A stretch of 64,000 nt of DNA, from NCBI GenBank assembly GCA_963716765.1, contig CAVQUO010000021.1:141995-205994 (forward strand), written 5' to 3'. The notes under the pieces are model-generated. The model had not been told where the DNA came from. It did no database searches and worked only from the letters and a program-made list of their open reading frames with translations. Each line of letters opens with the position of its first letter. Positions within the stretch are counted from its first letter, which is position 1. This stretch comes from an uncultured Bacteroidota bacterium (GTDB lineage: Bacteria > Bacteroidota > Bacteroidia > Bacteroidales > GCA-2748055). This document shows, one piece after another, positions 1 through 12,194 of the stretch. A program made the position numbers and the translations under genes.

Positions 1-483
1 ATTGTAAAATTGCAATTACATCCTCCTGAATATTAACCTCTTGACCCAATTTCAGAATTTTCCTTTCGCATCCGCCTGCAAACGGTTCGGGCAATATGGG
101 CCTGTGAAACGGCCGGGTGTCCTCCGGGAATTAAAAAGGAAGTGAGGGGCTCCAGGGAAGCATCCATTTCGTCAATTCTGCTCCTCCAGAAAGCTGACCT
201 GCTCCTCTCCCGACGACCGGAAAATCCATCGGGACAATCATCCACATCGGCAGCCAGGACCGATGCAGTGGCCATCTGAATATCCAGAATGGTCAGCAGA
301 TCTTCCCTGATCTGCTGCATCCTCCAGCAGGTCACGTAACATGGAGGTATGGGCCATCAGCTCATCCACCGTACCATAGGCTTCAATCCGGGAATGATAT
401 TTAGGCACCCTTCTGCCTCCGATCAGGGAGGTTTTACCCTTATCTCCACCTTTGGTATATATTCCTGATTTCTCTGCTACCAT
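1..483 (-). CDS. ATP:cob(I)alamin adenosyltransferase, PduO type (frameshifted, runs off window start)
   Basis: N-terminal [13 protein letters not shown]...[18 protein letters not shown] motif; downstream frame FLIPGG...[10 protein letters not shown]. Confidence 0.9.
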
Positions 484-1195
484 TCATTTTGACCTATTAT
501 GTCGGGATTCTTATTGATCTCGATCTTATCAATCTCCCCGTCAAGCAAACGTATGATCCGGTGAGCATACCGGGCGATGGACTCTTCATGGGTCACCAGG
601 ATAATGGTGTTCCCTCGTTGGTGAATCTGACCGAACAAGCTTCATGATATCCACGGATGTTTTGGAATCCAGGTTACCGGTGGGCTCATCGGCAAGGATA
701 ATGGATGGATTGTTCACCAGGGCACGGGCCACGGCCACCCGCTGCCGCTGTCCACCCGACAACTCATTGGGCTTGTGGTCCATCCGGTCGGCCAGTCCCA
801 CCTCAGTCAGGGTTTTTTTAGCCTGTTCAACCCTCTCAGTTTTTCCGATTCCCGCATAGATCAGGGGCAGGGTTACATTTTCAAGGGCCGTATACCGTGG
901 AAGCAGGTTGAAGGTCTGGAAGATAAAACCGATCTCCCTGTTCCGTATTTCGGCCAGCCGGTTGTCGTCCATCTTACTTACGTCGGTACCATTCAGAATA
1001 TAGGAACCGCTGGTGGGTGTATCCAGGGCGCCCACCAGGTTCATCAGGGTCGATTTTCCCGATCCTGATGGCCCCATGATGGCCACATACTCATTTGTTT
1101 TGATCTCAATATCCACTGAACGCAAGCGCCTCCACGGTGATGGAGCCGATGTAGTAGTTCTTGACAATCTTATCCAGACTGATAATCGTTTCCAT
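477..1195 (-). CDS. ABC transporter ATP-binding protein, LolD/MacB-like (frameshifted)
   Basis: Walker [10 protein letters not shown], signature [15 protein letters not shown], Walker [16 protein letters not shown] at 1195 and tail in other frames. Confidence 0.9.
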
Positions 1196-1279
1196 AATCT
1201 GTATTAATTGTACACGAAAGTAAGCAATCTCGTGAAGAATCAATCTAAAAAAATTTAAAACTTAATTTTAAAATCTGCT

Positions 1280-2054
1280 TTATGCAGGTCTCTTCGTAAC
1301 AACAAGGATTCCCATTTGAAAGAGGTCGATACTCACCCGCACCCCGGGCCATGAAATTATCTCCTTCCAGGCCGCGTACATCTCCTTTGACCAGTAGATA
1401 TCATCCATGATAATCAGAGCCTCCTCCCTGCTGCTGCCCCGCGTCTCAATCAGTTTCCTCGCATAAGCCAGACGTTGGCTCATAACGGTGGTTTCCATCC
1501 ATAAAGGCTACAAAGCGTCCCTTGCATCTGAGGGATCAAAACATCCAGTTCCTCCTCCATCTCCCCATTGATGAACAGAACCCAGTCAAAATCATTCTCA
1601 ATAAGCAGGCGCCTGGCAAAGGCGGCCCGATGGGATTTCCCTCAATGGAGTGCAAGCAGTACCTCCGGACTCGCCGAGGCCAGGTAGAGTGTACTGATAC
1701 CCAGACCCGATCCCAAGTTCAATGATCATCTCAGGTTTAAACCAGTGTGCGATTCTGAACAACAGGGCCCCATACTTCTCAGTTACCGAGGAGTGTCGTA
1801 CAAAGGAAGCCACTGAACGCTCACCCGAGGGATCCACCTGGGAGGCGGCCCCAAGCTTCATATCCGGAGTTTTTCGTCTTGTCCCTTTTCAACTCCCTGT
1901 GAGTCCTGAGTATTTCCGTCGGCACTTCAACCTTTGCCCCATTAAACAGCACCTTGTTCACAAACTCAAACAGATAGGGGGAGTGGATTCCAAGACCCTT
2001 TCTGTGACTCAGGTAAAAGAGGTGCTGCATGTATTTCCGGATTCTCCAGGTCAT
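1280..2054 (-). CDS. class I SAM-dependent (O-)methyltransferase (frameshifted)
   Basis: Pieces GIHSPYLFEFV, KYGALLFRIAHWFKPEMIIELG, IMDDIYWSKEM..AW...VSIDLFQMGI typical of a Bacteroidota methyltransferase family. Confidence 0.75.
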
Positions 2055-2102
2055 GAGAAGGATTTCGTCTAAAATGCTAATTTTACATAAATTGCTCCAC
2101 GC

Positions 2103-4212
2103 ATGCAACAATATTTAAGCAGGATATCAAGTTTCTGCCAGGAGTGGGGCCCAAACGGGCCGAACTGCTGCAGGAGGAGCTGAACATCAAGACCTTTGAG
2201 GACCTGCTGACCCACTACCCTTACCGTTATGTGGACCGCAGCAGGTTCTACAAAATTTCGGAGGTGACTTCAGATATGCCTTTCATCCAGATCCGGGGAA
2301 GAATCGATGGATATGCCTCTGTGGGAAAGGGAAGAGGAAAAAGACTGGTGGCCGATTTCAGGGATGAAAGCGGGCAGGATCGAACTGGTCTGGTTCAAGG
2401 GAGCCAAATGGATCCCTGAAAACTATCCGGTGGGAAAAGAGCTGGTGGTATTCGGCAGACCCTCGGTATATCAACCGGAAACTCAACCTGGTTCACCCCG
2501 AACTGGAGGATCCGGATAAGAAACATGCTGTCAGCTCCAACCTGCAGGCAGTCTACTCCACCACCGAAAAACTGAAGGATCACTACCTTACTTCCAAGGC
2601 CATCAGCAAACTGATGGCCAACCTGATCAAGGGTCTGCCCTCCAGGTTTGAAGAGACCCTTCCGGCCTGGCTGCTCCAAACACTGAACCTGGTGAACCTG
2701 GATACCGCCATGCGGCAGATCCATTTTCCCGACAACACTGCTCAGTACAAAAAGGCCGAACTGCGACTTAAATTCGAAGAGCTCTTCTACATCCAGCTGA
2801 ACATCCTGCAGGGAAAGACCGATCGAAACAAGCGGTTCAGGGGAAATGTATTCGAGACGGTGGGAGAAACCTTCAATACCTTTTACAGGGATCACCTTCC
2901 CTTTGAACTGACCGGTGCCCAGAAAAAAGTAATGAAGGAGATCCGGCGGGATATGGGCTCGGGCCGTCAGATGAACCGCTTGCTGCAGGGTGATGTGGGC
3001 AGCGGGAAAACCCTGGTGGCACTTATGTCCATGCTGATCGCCATGGACAATGGTTTCCAGAGCCTGCATCATGGCACCCACCGAGATCCTGGCCCAGCAG
3101 CACTTTAACAGCATTTCAAGCATTCCTGGATGGAATGGATGTCCGGGTGGAACTGCTGACCGGATCTGTAAAAAAGGCCGACCGGAAACCCATACATGAG
3201 GGATTGCTGGATGGATCGCTCAACATCCTCATCGGTACCCATGCCCTGATTGAGGATGTGGTCCAGTTTCAAGAACCTGGGACTGGTGGTGATCGATGAA
3301 CAGCACCGCTTTGGCGTGGCCCAGCGGGCAAGGCTCTGGAAAAAAGCGGATGTCCTGCCCCATGTGCTGGTGATGACTGCCACACCCATCCCCCGCACCC
3401 TGGCCATGACCCTTTACGGGGACCTGGATGTATCGGTGATCGATGAACTGCCTCCGGGCCGCAAAGCCCATCATTACCCGTCACTCCTACGATTCAAAAC
3501 GACTTGCAGGTCTTTGGTTTTCTGAAAAAACAGCTGGACCAGGGCAGGCAGGCCTATATTGTCTACCCCCTTATTAAGGAGTCGGAAACCATGGATTACA
3601 AGGACCTGGACGATGGACTTGAAAGCATCTCACGGGCCTTTCCCCCGCCCCATTACCAGGTGAGTGTGGTTCATGGACAAATGAAATCCGAGGAGAAGGA
3701 GGTCTCCATGAAACATTTTGTGGCAGGCCGCACCCACATCATGGTGGCCACCACGGTCATCGAAGTGGGTGTGGATGTCCCCAATGCCACCGTCATGATC
3801 ATCGAAAGTGCCGAGCGTTTCGGCCTCTCCCAGCTGCACCAGCTCCGGGGACGGGTGGGCCGCGGGGCCGATCAGTCCTACTGCATCCTCATGTCGGGTT
3901 ACAAACTGTCGGACGAGGGCCGAAAACGAATCGAAACCATGGTAGCCACCAATGATGGATTTGAGATTGCCGAGGTGGACCTGAAACTACGCGGACCCGG
4001 CGACATCGAAGGCACCCAGCAGAGCGGTGTTCCCTTCAACCTGAAAATTGCCCACCTGGGGAGGGACTGGCCAGATCCTGCAGCTGGCCCGGGATACCGC
4101 CGAAATCATTATGAATGAGGACCCCGACCTCACCCTGGAAAAAAACTGGCTCTTCGCCAAACATGTGAAAAAAGGCAATCCCGGCCGGATCGACTGGGGG
4201 AGTATCAGTTAA
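2103..4212 (+). CDS. recG: ATP-dependent DNA helicase RecG (multiple frameshifts)
   Basis: GVGPKRA N-terminus, [68 protein letters not shown]; ends RIDWGSIS*. Confidence 0.97.
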
Positions 4213-4532
4213 ATTTTTTTGCTGGCTGTATCAAAGGAAAACAGAAGTAAGATTAGGAGCCTAATGAGAAAACGGGATACTCAGGAAAACCCTGGTCCCA
4301 CCAGTACCCTGATCCTGATCCTCCACATCCTCGATACGGAAGACAATGTGCACTTTCTCCAGTTTTTCAAATATATCCAGGGATTTCTGCACCATGAGCA
4401 AACCATTCCCGGTTCCTGTGCTACCAATCTCAGCCGCCTGCTTTCGTCCAACTCCATTGTCTTCAATCACAATCTCCTCACAGTCTTGCTTTTGCCAGGA
4501 ATAGCCGCATCGATTGGGGGAGTATCAGTTGA
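4184..4532 (+). repeat. 29-bp direct repeat of the recG 3' end (4184-4212 and 4504-4532)
   Basis: GCCGGATCGACTGGGGGAGTATCAGTTAA vs GCCGCATCGATTGGGGGAGTATCAGTTGA, 26/29 identical, differences synonymous in the recG frame. Confidence 0.85.
4261..4502 (-). pseudogene. C-terminal remnant (HATPase_c) of a LytS-type histidine kinase
   Basis: YSWQKQDCEEIVIEDNGVGRKQAAEIGSTGTGNGLLMVQKSLDIFEKLEK...GTRVFLSIP aligns with the C-terminus of the kinase at 22570-24630; no upstream part. Confidence 0.85.
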
Positions 4533-4726
4533 TTTGAGCCCTCCCTCTCAGAAGTCCAGAAAAGATCAATCCACTGATTTTATAGGTGCCATTTTGGGCT
4601 ATTTAGGCATCTGCCAGAGTTAATAACTTGCACAATTCAGTGATTAAGAGTACTTATTATAATCGTATATTCAAAGCGACTTTTGCCCTCATTATCTGAG
4701 ATGAAATTATATATCCTTTCTATCAG

Positions 4727-7700
4727 ATGCGCTGCCAATTCAGGATGAAACTATTTGAACATAAGGCAAGCTTTACGACCCCAAAACTCAGGTGTGCGAT
4801 CCCCTTTTTTTTGTTTTTTTTACTGAACAACCTAAACGGCCAGGTACCTTCCTGGGAATGGTCTTTATCTCAATATACTGGAGCAAGCGAACTAACCAAT
4901 GATGTGGTTGCTGATCCGGCAACAGATCATATTTACATAGTTGGAACCTGGAAAAATGCCCTGAGTGCTTTCTTCCACCGCCGGGGCAAATCCTTCGACT
5001 AATTTTGCTGCACCATATGGCGGTGTTGATGGCTTTGTGGCAAAGTTTGACCAGGATGGGAATTTTTTATGGGCTTTTAAGTTGGGTGGGAATAATGATG
5101 ATAACATTTCCAGCATTGCACTGGATCCCTCAGGAAATATCTATATAGCAGGTACATTTGGAAAGGACAATAATTATTTCTCAGGGACCTCCCCTCTTAC
5201 TCCGGCCTCAACCCTTTTCAACGCTGACAAGGAGGATTTTTTTATCGCCAAGTATAACCCGGATGGAGCATTCCAATGGATTAAAAGATCCGAAACAGAC
5301 GCCGACGATATGGCGGGGCTAAGTGTGTATGCCAATGCTACAGCCGTTTATGCTACCGGTACCTATAAGAGTAATTGTGCATTTGGATCATTGTCCATAT
5401 CAAGGACTTTTGGTGCCGAGGATATGTTTCTTATAAAATACAACAGTGATGGAGATGAGCAATGGTTGATTAATGGAGGAAGCGACAAAAGTGATTATGC
5501 ATATGGTGTTACTGCAGATGAATCCAATGTTTATGTAACTGGCAATTTTTTGGGGAATCAGATGGAATTCCAGAGCACTACTGAAACAAATGTAGCCACA
5601 TCAATCAACTCCAACGATGGTAAAGAAGATGGATTTTTAATCTCTTACGATGAAAATGGGACATTTAATTGGACTACCCAAATAAAAAGCAACGAGGAGG
5701 TAGAGTGTTTTGCTATCACCATGGATAGCGATAGCCTTTATATTACTGGTGGTTTGGAGGGCCCGGCAGGCTTTCAGTTATATACAGGAAATCCGGTAAT
5801 CACTTCAGCCAACCAGGATATATTTTTCTCATCACACTCAAAAGTGAATGGTAACACAGGATGGGTTCATGCAATAGCCTGCAGGGATGGTGGAGCAGAG
5901 TATGGCCGATCTATTACCCTTAATTCTTATGGGGACCTGATAGTTGCAGGATACTTCAAGAACGACCTCTTCTTTCCTGAAGCTGTTACCCTCACTTCAG
6001 CTGGAGCTGAAGATGTATTTGTTTGCAGCTATTCAAACGCAGGTGTATTTAAATGGGCATTAAATCCCGGCTCCAATGGTGCTGATTTTGGGTATGGGGT
6101 TTCTGCAGGCTCAGACGGGTCCTTGTATCTTGGAGGCAGTTATGATAAACAAATGTTTTTTGGCGCATTTGATATTCCCGAGGATGGGGGTGAAAATTCA
6201 TTTCTGGCAAAGCTGCAAGTACCCTGTGAGGATGCTGTAGGAGGAACAGCCGCTGCCACGGAAACAGAAATCTGTGTTGGCCAAACCACGACCTTGTCTC
6301 TTAAAGCTCAATATGGTCAGATCATCTGGCAAAGCTCTCCTGCAGGTATGGATATTTGGTCTGATCTTCCCGGAGAAACATTCAATACAGTAACCGTCTC
6401 TCCAATTATTGATACTGATTACAGAGCTTATCTGAGTTCTATTAATTGTAATCCCGATTCTTCAAACATCTTATCGGTTCAGGTATTTGTTGTTCCCCTG
6501 GCCAATGCAGGCAGCGGTGGCAATGAATGTGACCTGGACTTCCAGCTACAGGCAACTCCGAGTGTGGGAACCGGAACCTGGACATGGACGACAGGCACCG
6601 GAACGGCAAGCTTTGTTCCCAATGCAAATGATCCCAATGCCAGTCAGTTACTGTCTGCTGAGTATCGGGGCCAAAGAGTTTTCCTGGAAAGAGATAAATG
6701 GCACTTGTGTAGATTCTGCAGCCATAACTGTGAACTTTTATGAGCAGCCCCTGGCCAATGCAGGCAGCGGTGGCGATGAATGTGACCTTGATTTTCAGTT
6801 ACAGGCAAATCCGAGTGTGGGAACCGGAACCTGGACCATGACTGTGGGCACAGGAACGGCAAGCTTCGTTCCCAATGCAAATGATCCCAATGCCGCAGCT
6901 ACTGTCACCGAGTATGGAGCAAAAGAGTTTACCTGGACAGAGATAAACGGCACCTGTGCAGATTCTGCAGCCATAACTGTGAACTTCTATGAGCAACCCG
7001 TGGCCAATGCAGGCACGGAGGCGATGAATGTGACCTTGACTTCCAGCTACAGGCAACTCCGAGTGTGGGAACCGGAACCTGGACCATGACTGCGGGAACA
7101 GGGACGGCAAGCTTCGTCCCAAATGCAAATGATCCCAATGCTGCAGCTACTGTCAGCGAGTATGGAACAAAAGAGTTTACCTGGACAGAGATAAACGGTA
7201 CCTGTGTAGATTCTGCAGCCATTACAGTGAACTTTTATGAGCAGCCCGTGGCCAATGCTGGAGCGGAGGCGATGAATGTGACCTTGATTTCCAGCTTCAG
7301 GCAACCCCGAGTGTCGGAACCGGAACCTGGACCATGACGTCAGGGAACAGGAACAGCAAGCTTTGTCCCAAATGCAAATGATCCCAATGCCGCAGTTACT
7401 GTCAGCGATTATGGAGCAAAAGAGTTTTCCTGGAAAGAGGTAAACGGCACTTGTGCTGATGCAGCAGCAATTACGGTGAACTTTTATGAGCAGCCCCTGG
7501 CCAATGCAGGCAGCGGAGGCGATGAATGTGACCTTGACTTCCAGCTGCAGGCAACCCCGAGTGTGGGAACCGGAACCTGGACCATGACATCGGGAACAGG
7601 AACGGCCATCATTTGATCCCCAATGCAAATGATCCCAATGCCGCAGTTACTGTCAGCGAGTATGGAGCAAAAGAGTTTTCCTGGAAAGAAGATAAACGGC

Positions 7701-10700
7701 ACTTGAGTAGATTCTGCAGCCATTACAGTGAACTTTTATGAGCAGCCCGTGGCCAATGCAGGCACGGAGGCGATGAATGCGACCTTGATTTCCAGCTTCA
7801 GGCAACCCCGAGTGTAGGAACCGGAACCTGGACCATGACTTCGGGCACAGGAACGGAAGCCTTGTTCCCCAATGCAAATGATCCCAATGCCTGCAGTTAC
7901 TGTCATCGAGTATCGGAACAAAAGAGTTTTCCTGGACAGAGATAAATGGTACCTGTGTAGATGCGGCAGCGATAACTGTGAACTTTTATGAGCAGCCGGT
8001 GGCCAATGCAGGCAGCGGAGGCGATGAATGTGACCTGGACTTCCAGCTACAGGCAACCCCGAGTGTCGGAACCGGAACCTGGACCATGACGTCAGGCACA
8101 GGAACGGCAAGCTTCGTCCCCAATGCAAATGATCCCAATGCACGTAGCTACTGTCAACTGAGTATGGGGCAAAAGAGTTTACCTGGACAGAGGTAAACGG
8201 CACTTGTGAAGGTTCTGCAGCCATAACTGTGAACTTTTACGAGCAGCCGGTGGCCAATGCAGGCACGGAGGGGATGAATGTGACCTGGACTTCCAGCTAC
8301 AGGCAACCCCGAGTGTCGGAACCGGAACATGGACCATGACTGTGGGCACCGGAACGGCAAGCTTTGTCCCCAGTGCAAATGATCCCAATGCACTGGTTAC
8401 AGTTTCTGAGTTCGGGGCAAAAGAGTTTTCCTGGAAAGAGATAAATGGCACTTGTGCTGATTCTGCAGCCATAACTGTGAACTTTTATGAGCAGCCGCTG
8501 CCCAATGCAGGCAGCGGTGGCGATGAATGTGACCTGGACTTCCAGCTACAGGCAACTCCAGTGTGGGAACCGGAACCTGGACCATGACGACAGGCACAGG
8601 AACGGCAAGCTTCGTCCCCAATGCAAATGATCCCAATGCCGCTGGTTACTGTCAGCTGAGTATGGGGCCAAAGAGTTTACCTGGAAAGAGATAAATGGCA
8701 CTTGTGAAGGTTCTGCAGCCATAACTGTGAACTTTTACGAGCAGCCGCTGGCCAATGCAGGCAGCGGTGGCGATGAATGTGACCTTGACTTCCAGCTACA
8801 GGCAAGCCCGAGTGTGGGAACCGGAACCTGGACCATGACTGCGGGCACCGGAACGGCGAGCTCTGCTCCCAATGCAAATGATCCCAATGCCACCGGTTAC
8901 AGTCTTCGAGTATCGGAGCCAAAGAGTTTACCTGGAAAGAGATAAATGGCACTTGTGGAGATTCGGCAGCCATAACTGTGAACTTTTATGAGACAGCCCC
9001 TGGCCAATGCTGGTAGCGGTGGCGATGAATGTGACCTGGACTTCCAGCTACAGGCAAATCCGAGTGTGGGAACCGGAACCTGGACCATGACGACAGGCAC
9101 AGGAACAGCAAGCTTCGTTCCCAATGCAAATGATCCCAATGCCGCAGTTACTGTCAGCGAGTATGGAGCCAAAGAGTTTACCTGGAAAGAGATAAATGGC
9201 ACTTGTGAAGGCTTCTGCAGCCATAACTGTGAACTTTTAATGGAGCAGCCTCTGCCCAATGCAGGCAGCGGTGGCGATGAGTGTGACCTGGACTTCCAGC
9301 TACAGGCAAGCCCGAGTGTGGGAACCGGAACCTGGACCATGACTGTGGGCACCGGAACGGCAAGCTTTGTCCCCAGTGCAAATGACCCCAACGCACTGGT
9401 TACAGTTTCTGAGTTCGGGGCCAAAGAGTTTTCCTGGAAAGAGATAAATGGCACTTGTGCTGATTCTGCAGCCATAACTGTGAACTTTTATGAGCAGCCC
9501 CTGCCCAATGCAGGCAGCGGTGGCGATGAGTGTGACCTGGACTTCCAGCTACAGGCAAGCCCGAGTGTGGGAACCGGAACCTGGACCATGACATCAGGCA
9601 CAGGAATGGCCACATTTATTCCAAGTGCAAATGATCCGGCAGCTACCGTTAGCGTAAGCGAATTTGGAAGCAAGAAGTTCACCTGGAAAGAAGTGAATGG
9701 GACTTGCAGTTCTGATTCCACTGCCCTTGTAATATTTACTGAGCCTCCAGTATCTGATGCCGGTCCGGATGGGGAGATTTGTATAAGCGACAAAAGCTAT
9801 AATATTTCAGGACCAAGCTTCATCGATGGCTCCATTATCTGGAGCAGTAGTGGTGATGGCACTTTTAATGCAACAGACATTAATAATCCTGCCTACGCTG
9901 TCGGCTCAGAGACGGGCAGTGTATTCCTTATAAAAACAGTGATTAGCTCAAACTCCTGTCCAGATGCGGTCGACTCCATGATCCTTATACTTACTCCTGA
10001 ACCGCTTAGTTATGCAGGTTCTGATGCGGACATATGTGTCAGCACCGGCAGCTACCAATTTAGTGGTTCAAGTTCAGCCAATGGGAACATAAAATGGAGC
10101 AGTAGTGGGGAAGGTCGTTTCGATGATCCATATATTGAGAACCCCAATTATAGCATTGGGGCTGAGACTGGCGAAGTGCACCTATTAAAAACAGTGACCA
10201 GCCCTGGATCCTGTGCCGATGTGTCAGACTCCATGGTCCTAACAATTTACAATGATCCGCGTGCCGATGCAGGCACTGGGGGAGCACAGTGTGGCCTGGA
10301 ATTCCAGTTATTGGCGATTCCAAGCAGAGGAATGGGGACATGGAGGATGGTTTCAGGTCCAGGTAGTGCTTCCTTCAGCCCTTCTGCAAACCAACCGAAT
10401 GCTCTGGTATCAGTCAATCAGTTTGGTATTTATAAGTTTGAATGGACAGAAACAAACGGCATTTGTTCGGATGGGAACTCGGTGGAAATTAACTTTTTTA
10501 ATGAGATCCTTGTGGACGCAGGATCTGACGGAGAAGTTTGCGGTTTGGAATTCGACCTAAAAGCGACAGACATTTCCAGGACAGGCTACTGGGAGGTAAT
10601 TTCCGGGCCGGGCGAGTTTCGTATAGTCCATCTGACACCTCACATATCGTTTCCATATCTGCCGATCTCTTCGGTTCCTATTTATTTCAATGGAACGCAC

Positions 10701-11260
10701 AAATAGGTGATTGTTCAGGAAGTGATCAGGTCGAGGTGATATTTTATGAGCAAGCCGTGGCTGACGCCGGGCCTGACCAGGTTTTGGATTTTGAATTCAC
10801 CACTTACCTGAATGCCACCATGCCAGACTATGGAAGCGGTGTATGGAGAATGGAACAGGGAGGCGGGCTGATACAGGACATGAATGATCCGCTTTCAAAA
10901 GTGACTGAACTTTCTCTGGGCGAAAACGAATTCAGATGGACCATTCAATCAGCAGTTTGTGAGGATGTGTCTGACTATATGGTCATTACAGTAAATGATA
11001 TTGAATCCTCAACAGTGATTACCCCCAATGGAGATGGACTTAACGACTACCTTGTTTTTCCGGGGGTTGATCAATTGCCAGGCAGTGAATTTATGGTTTA
11101 TAACCGATGGGGTACTGAAGTATTCCGTAATGGTAATTATCAGAATGATTGGGATGGAAGGGACCGGGATGGCCGTGAACTAATCCCCGATACTTATTAC
11201 TATATCTTAAAGATTGAGCCAGAACGAATTATAAAAGGATTTGTAGAGATCAGAAGATAG
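4727..11260 (+). CDS. large T9SS-secreted surface adhesin: N-terminal SBBP-like beta-propeller, tandem PKD/Ig-like repeats, type-B CTD (gliding motility-associated C-terminal domain); many frameshifts
   Basis: Repeated D.F.AKY..DG...W blades; 83-aa repeats; C-terminal VITPNGDGLND...VYNRWG.EVF...YQNDWDG...TYYYIL..GFVEIRR. Confidence 0.9.
6496..9740 (+). repeat. 13 tandem ~249-bp (83-aa) near-identical coding repeats
   Basis: Unit PLANAGSGGDECDLDFQLQATPSVGTGTWTMT.GTGTASFVPNANDPNA.VTVSEYGAKEFTWKEINGTC.DSAAITVNFYEQ; CCAATGC anchors near 6500, 6751, 7003, 7251, 7500, 7752, 8001, 8252, 8501, 8751, 9002, 9255, 9503. Confidence 0.92.
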
Positions 11261-11262
11261 CC

Positions 11263-12184
11263 ATGATAAAACGTATCATATATATCATCTTTTTATTGGG
11301 TATGGGGACCTCAGCTTATTCTCAATTATATCCCCTGCTGGATCAATACCATTACAATGGTTTGGCAATTAATCCGGCATTTGCAGGCAGTCAGGAGGCC
11401 CTTAGCATTGGAATATATTCAAGGAACCAATGGGTGGGCTTCGAAGGAGCTCCTAAAACAAATACCCTTTCCTTACACAGTCCTTTGAGGAATAAAAAAA
11501 TTAACCTCGGTCTGATTGTAATGGGTGATAAGTTAGGTTCCAAAAGAGAAACAGGTTTTTTACTGAACTATGCCTACCGAATTGATCTGGGAAAAGGCAA
11601 GTGGTCCCTTGGACTGGCCGCAGGATTGACCAGCATATCCACCGATATAAATTCTTTAAGATACTCCGACACCGGAGACTTGCTTTTGCAAGATCCGGCA
11701 GAAAGATCCCTGCTACCTAGAATTCTCCTGGGGTACATATTATTATACCGAAAGGTTGAGGGTGGGCTTCTCAATGCCTCTGTTCTTAAGTCAAAATACA
11801 AATGATGGAAATGGTGCATACAAATTGGACTTCAATCTTGCCGCCGCAAACTATATGCTTACAGCAGAATATCTATTCACTATATCGGATGTGCTTGATA
11901 TCCTGCCTACTCTTCTTTTAAAATCAAATCCTGCCAACAACACTCAGTTGGATTTGCAATGCAACTTTATAGTAAAAGACAGGATATGGTTAGGTGCCAG
12001 TTTCAGGACAAACGGTAGTATATCTGCCCTACTGCAATTACAAATAAATTCCCAGTTGAGATTGGGGTATTCATATGGCTATGAACTTTCCGAACTCAGT
12101 TTGTACCAGCATGGATCACATGAATTAATGATACAATACAACTTCAAATATTTACTTGAAGTAATTAGTCCCAGAAATTTTTAA
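11263..12184 (+). CDS. type IX secretion system membrane protein, PorP/SprF family (one frameshift)
   Basis: QY.YNGLAINPAFAGS...RNQWVGFEGAPKT and C-terminal LRLGYSY.Y..S.L....GSHE; directly follows a type-B CTD gene. Confidence 0.92.
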
Positions 12185-12194
12185 GACCTGGAAA

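Noticed and set aside
2103..4212. recG (and ccoNO, ABC ATPase, etc.) as pseudogenes or programmed frameshifts
   Set aside because: Indels are pervasive across whole zones while motifs remain intact, which fits sequencing error better.
4219..4623. 134-aa plus-strand ORF after recG
   Set aside because: It is the antisense of the kinase remnant plus the recG repeat; no recognisable protein features.
6496..9740. Long regular repeat array as CRISPR or DGR template/variable repeats
   Set aside because: Units are contiguous in-frame coding repeats without unique spacers; no cas or reverse transcriptase gene is present and no adenine-specific variation is evident.
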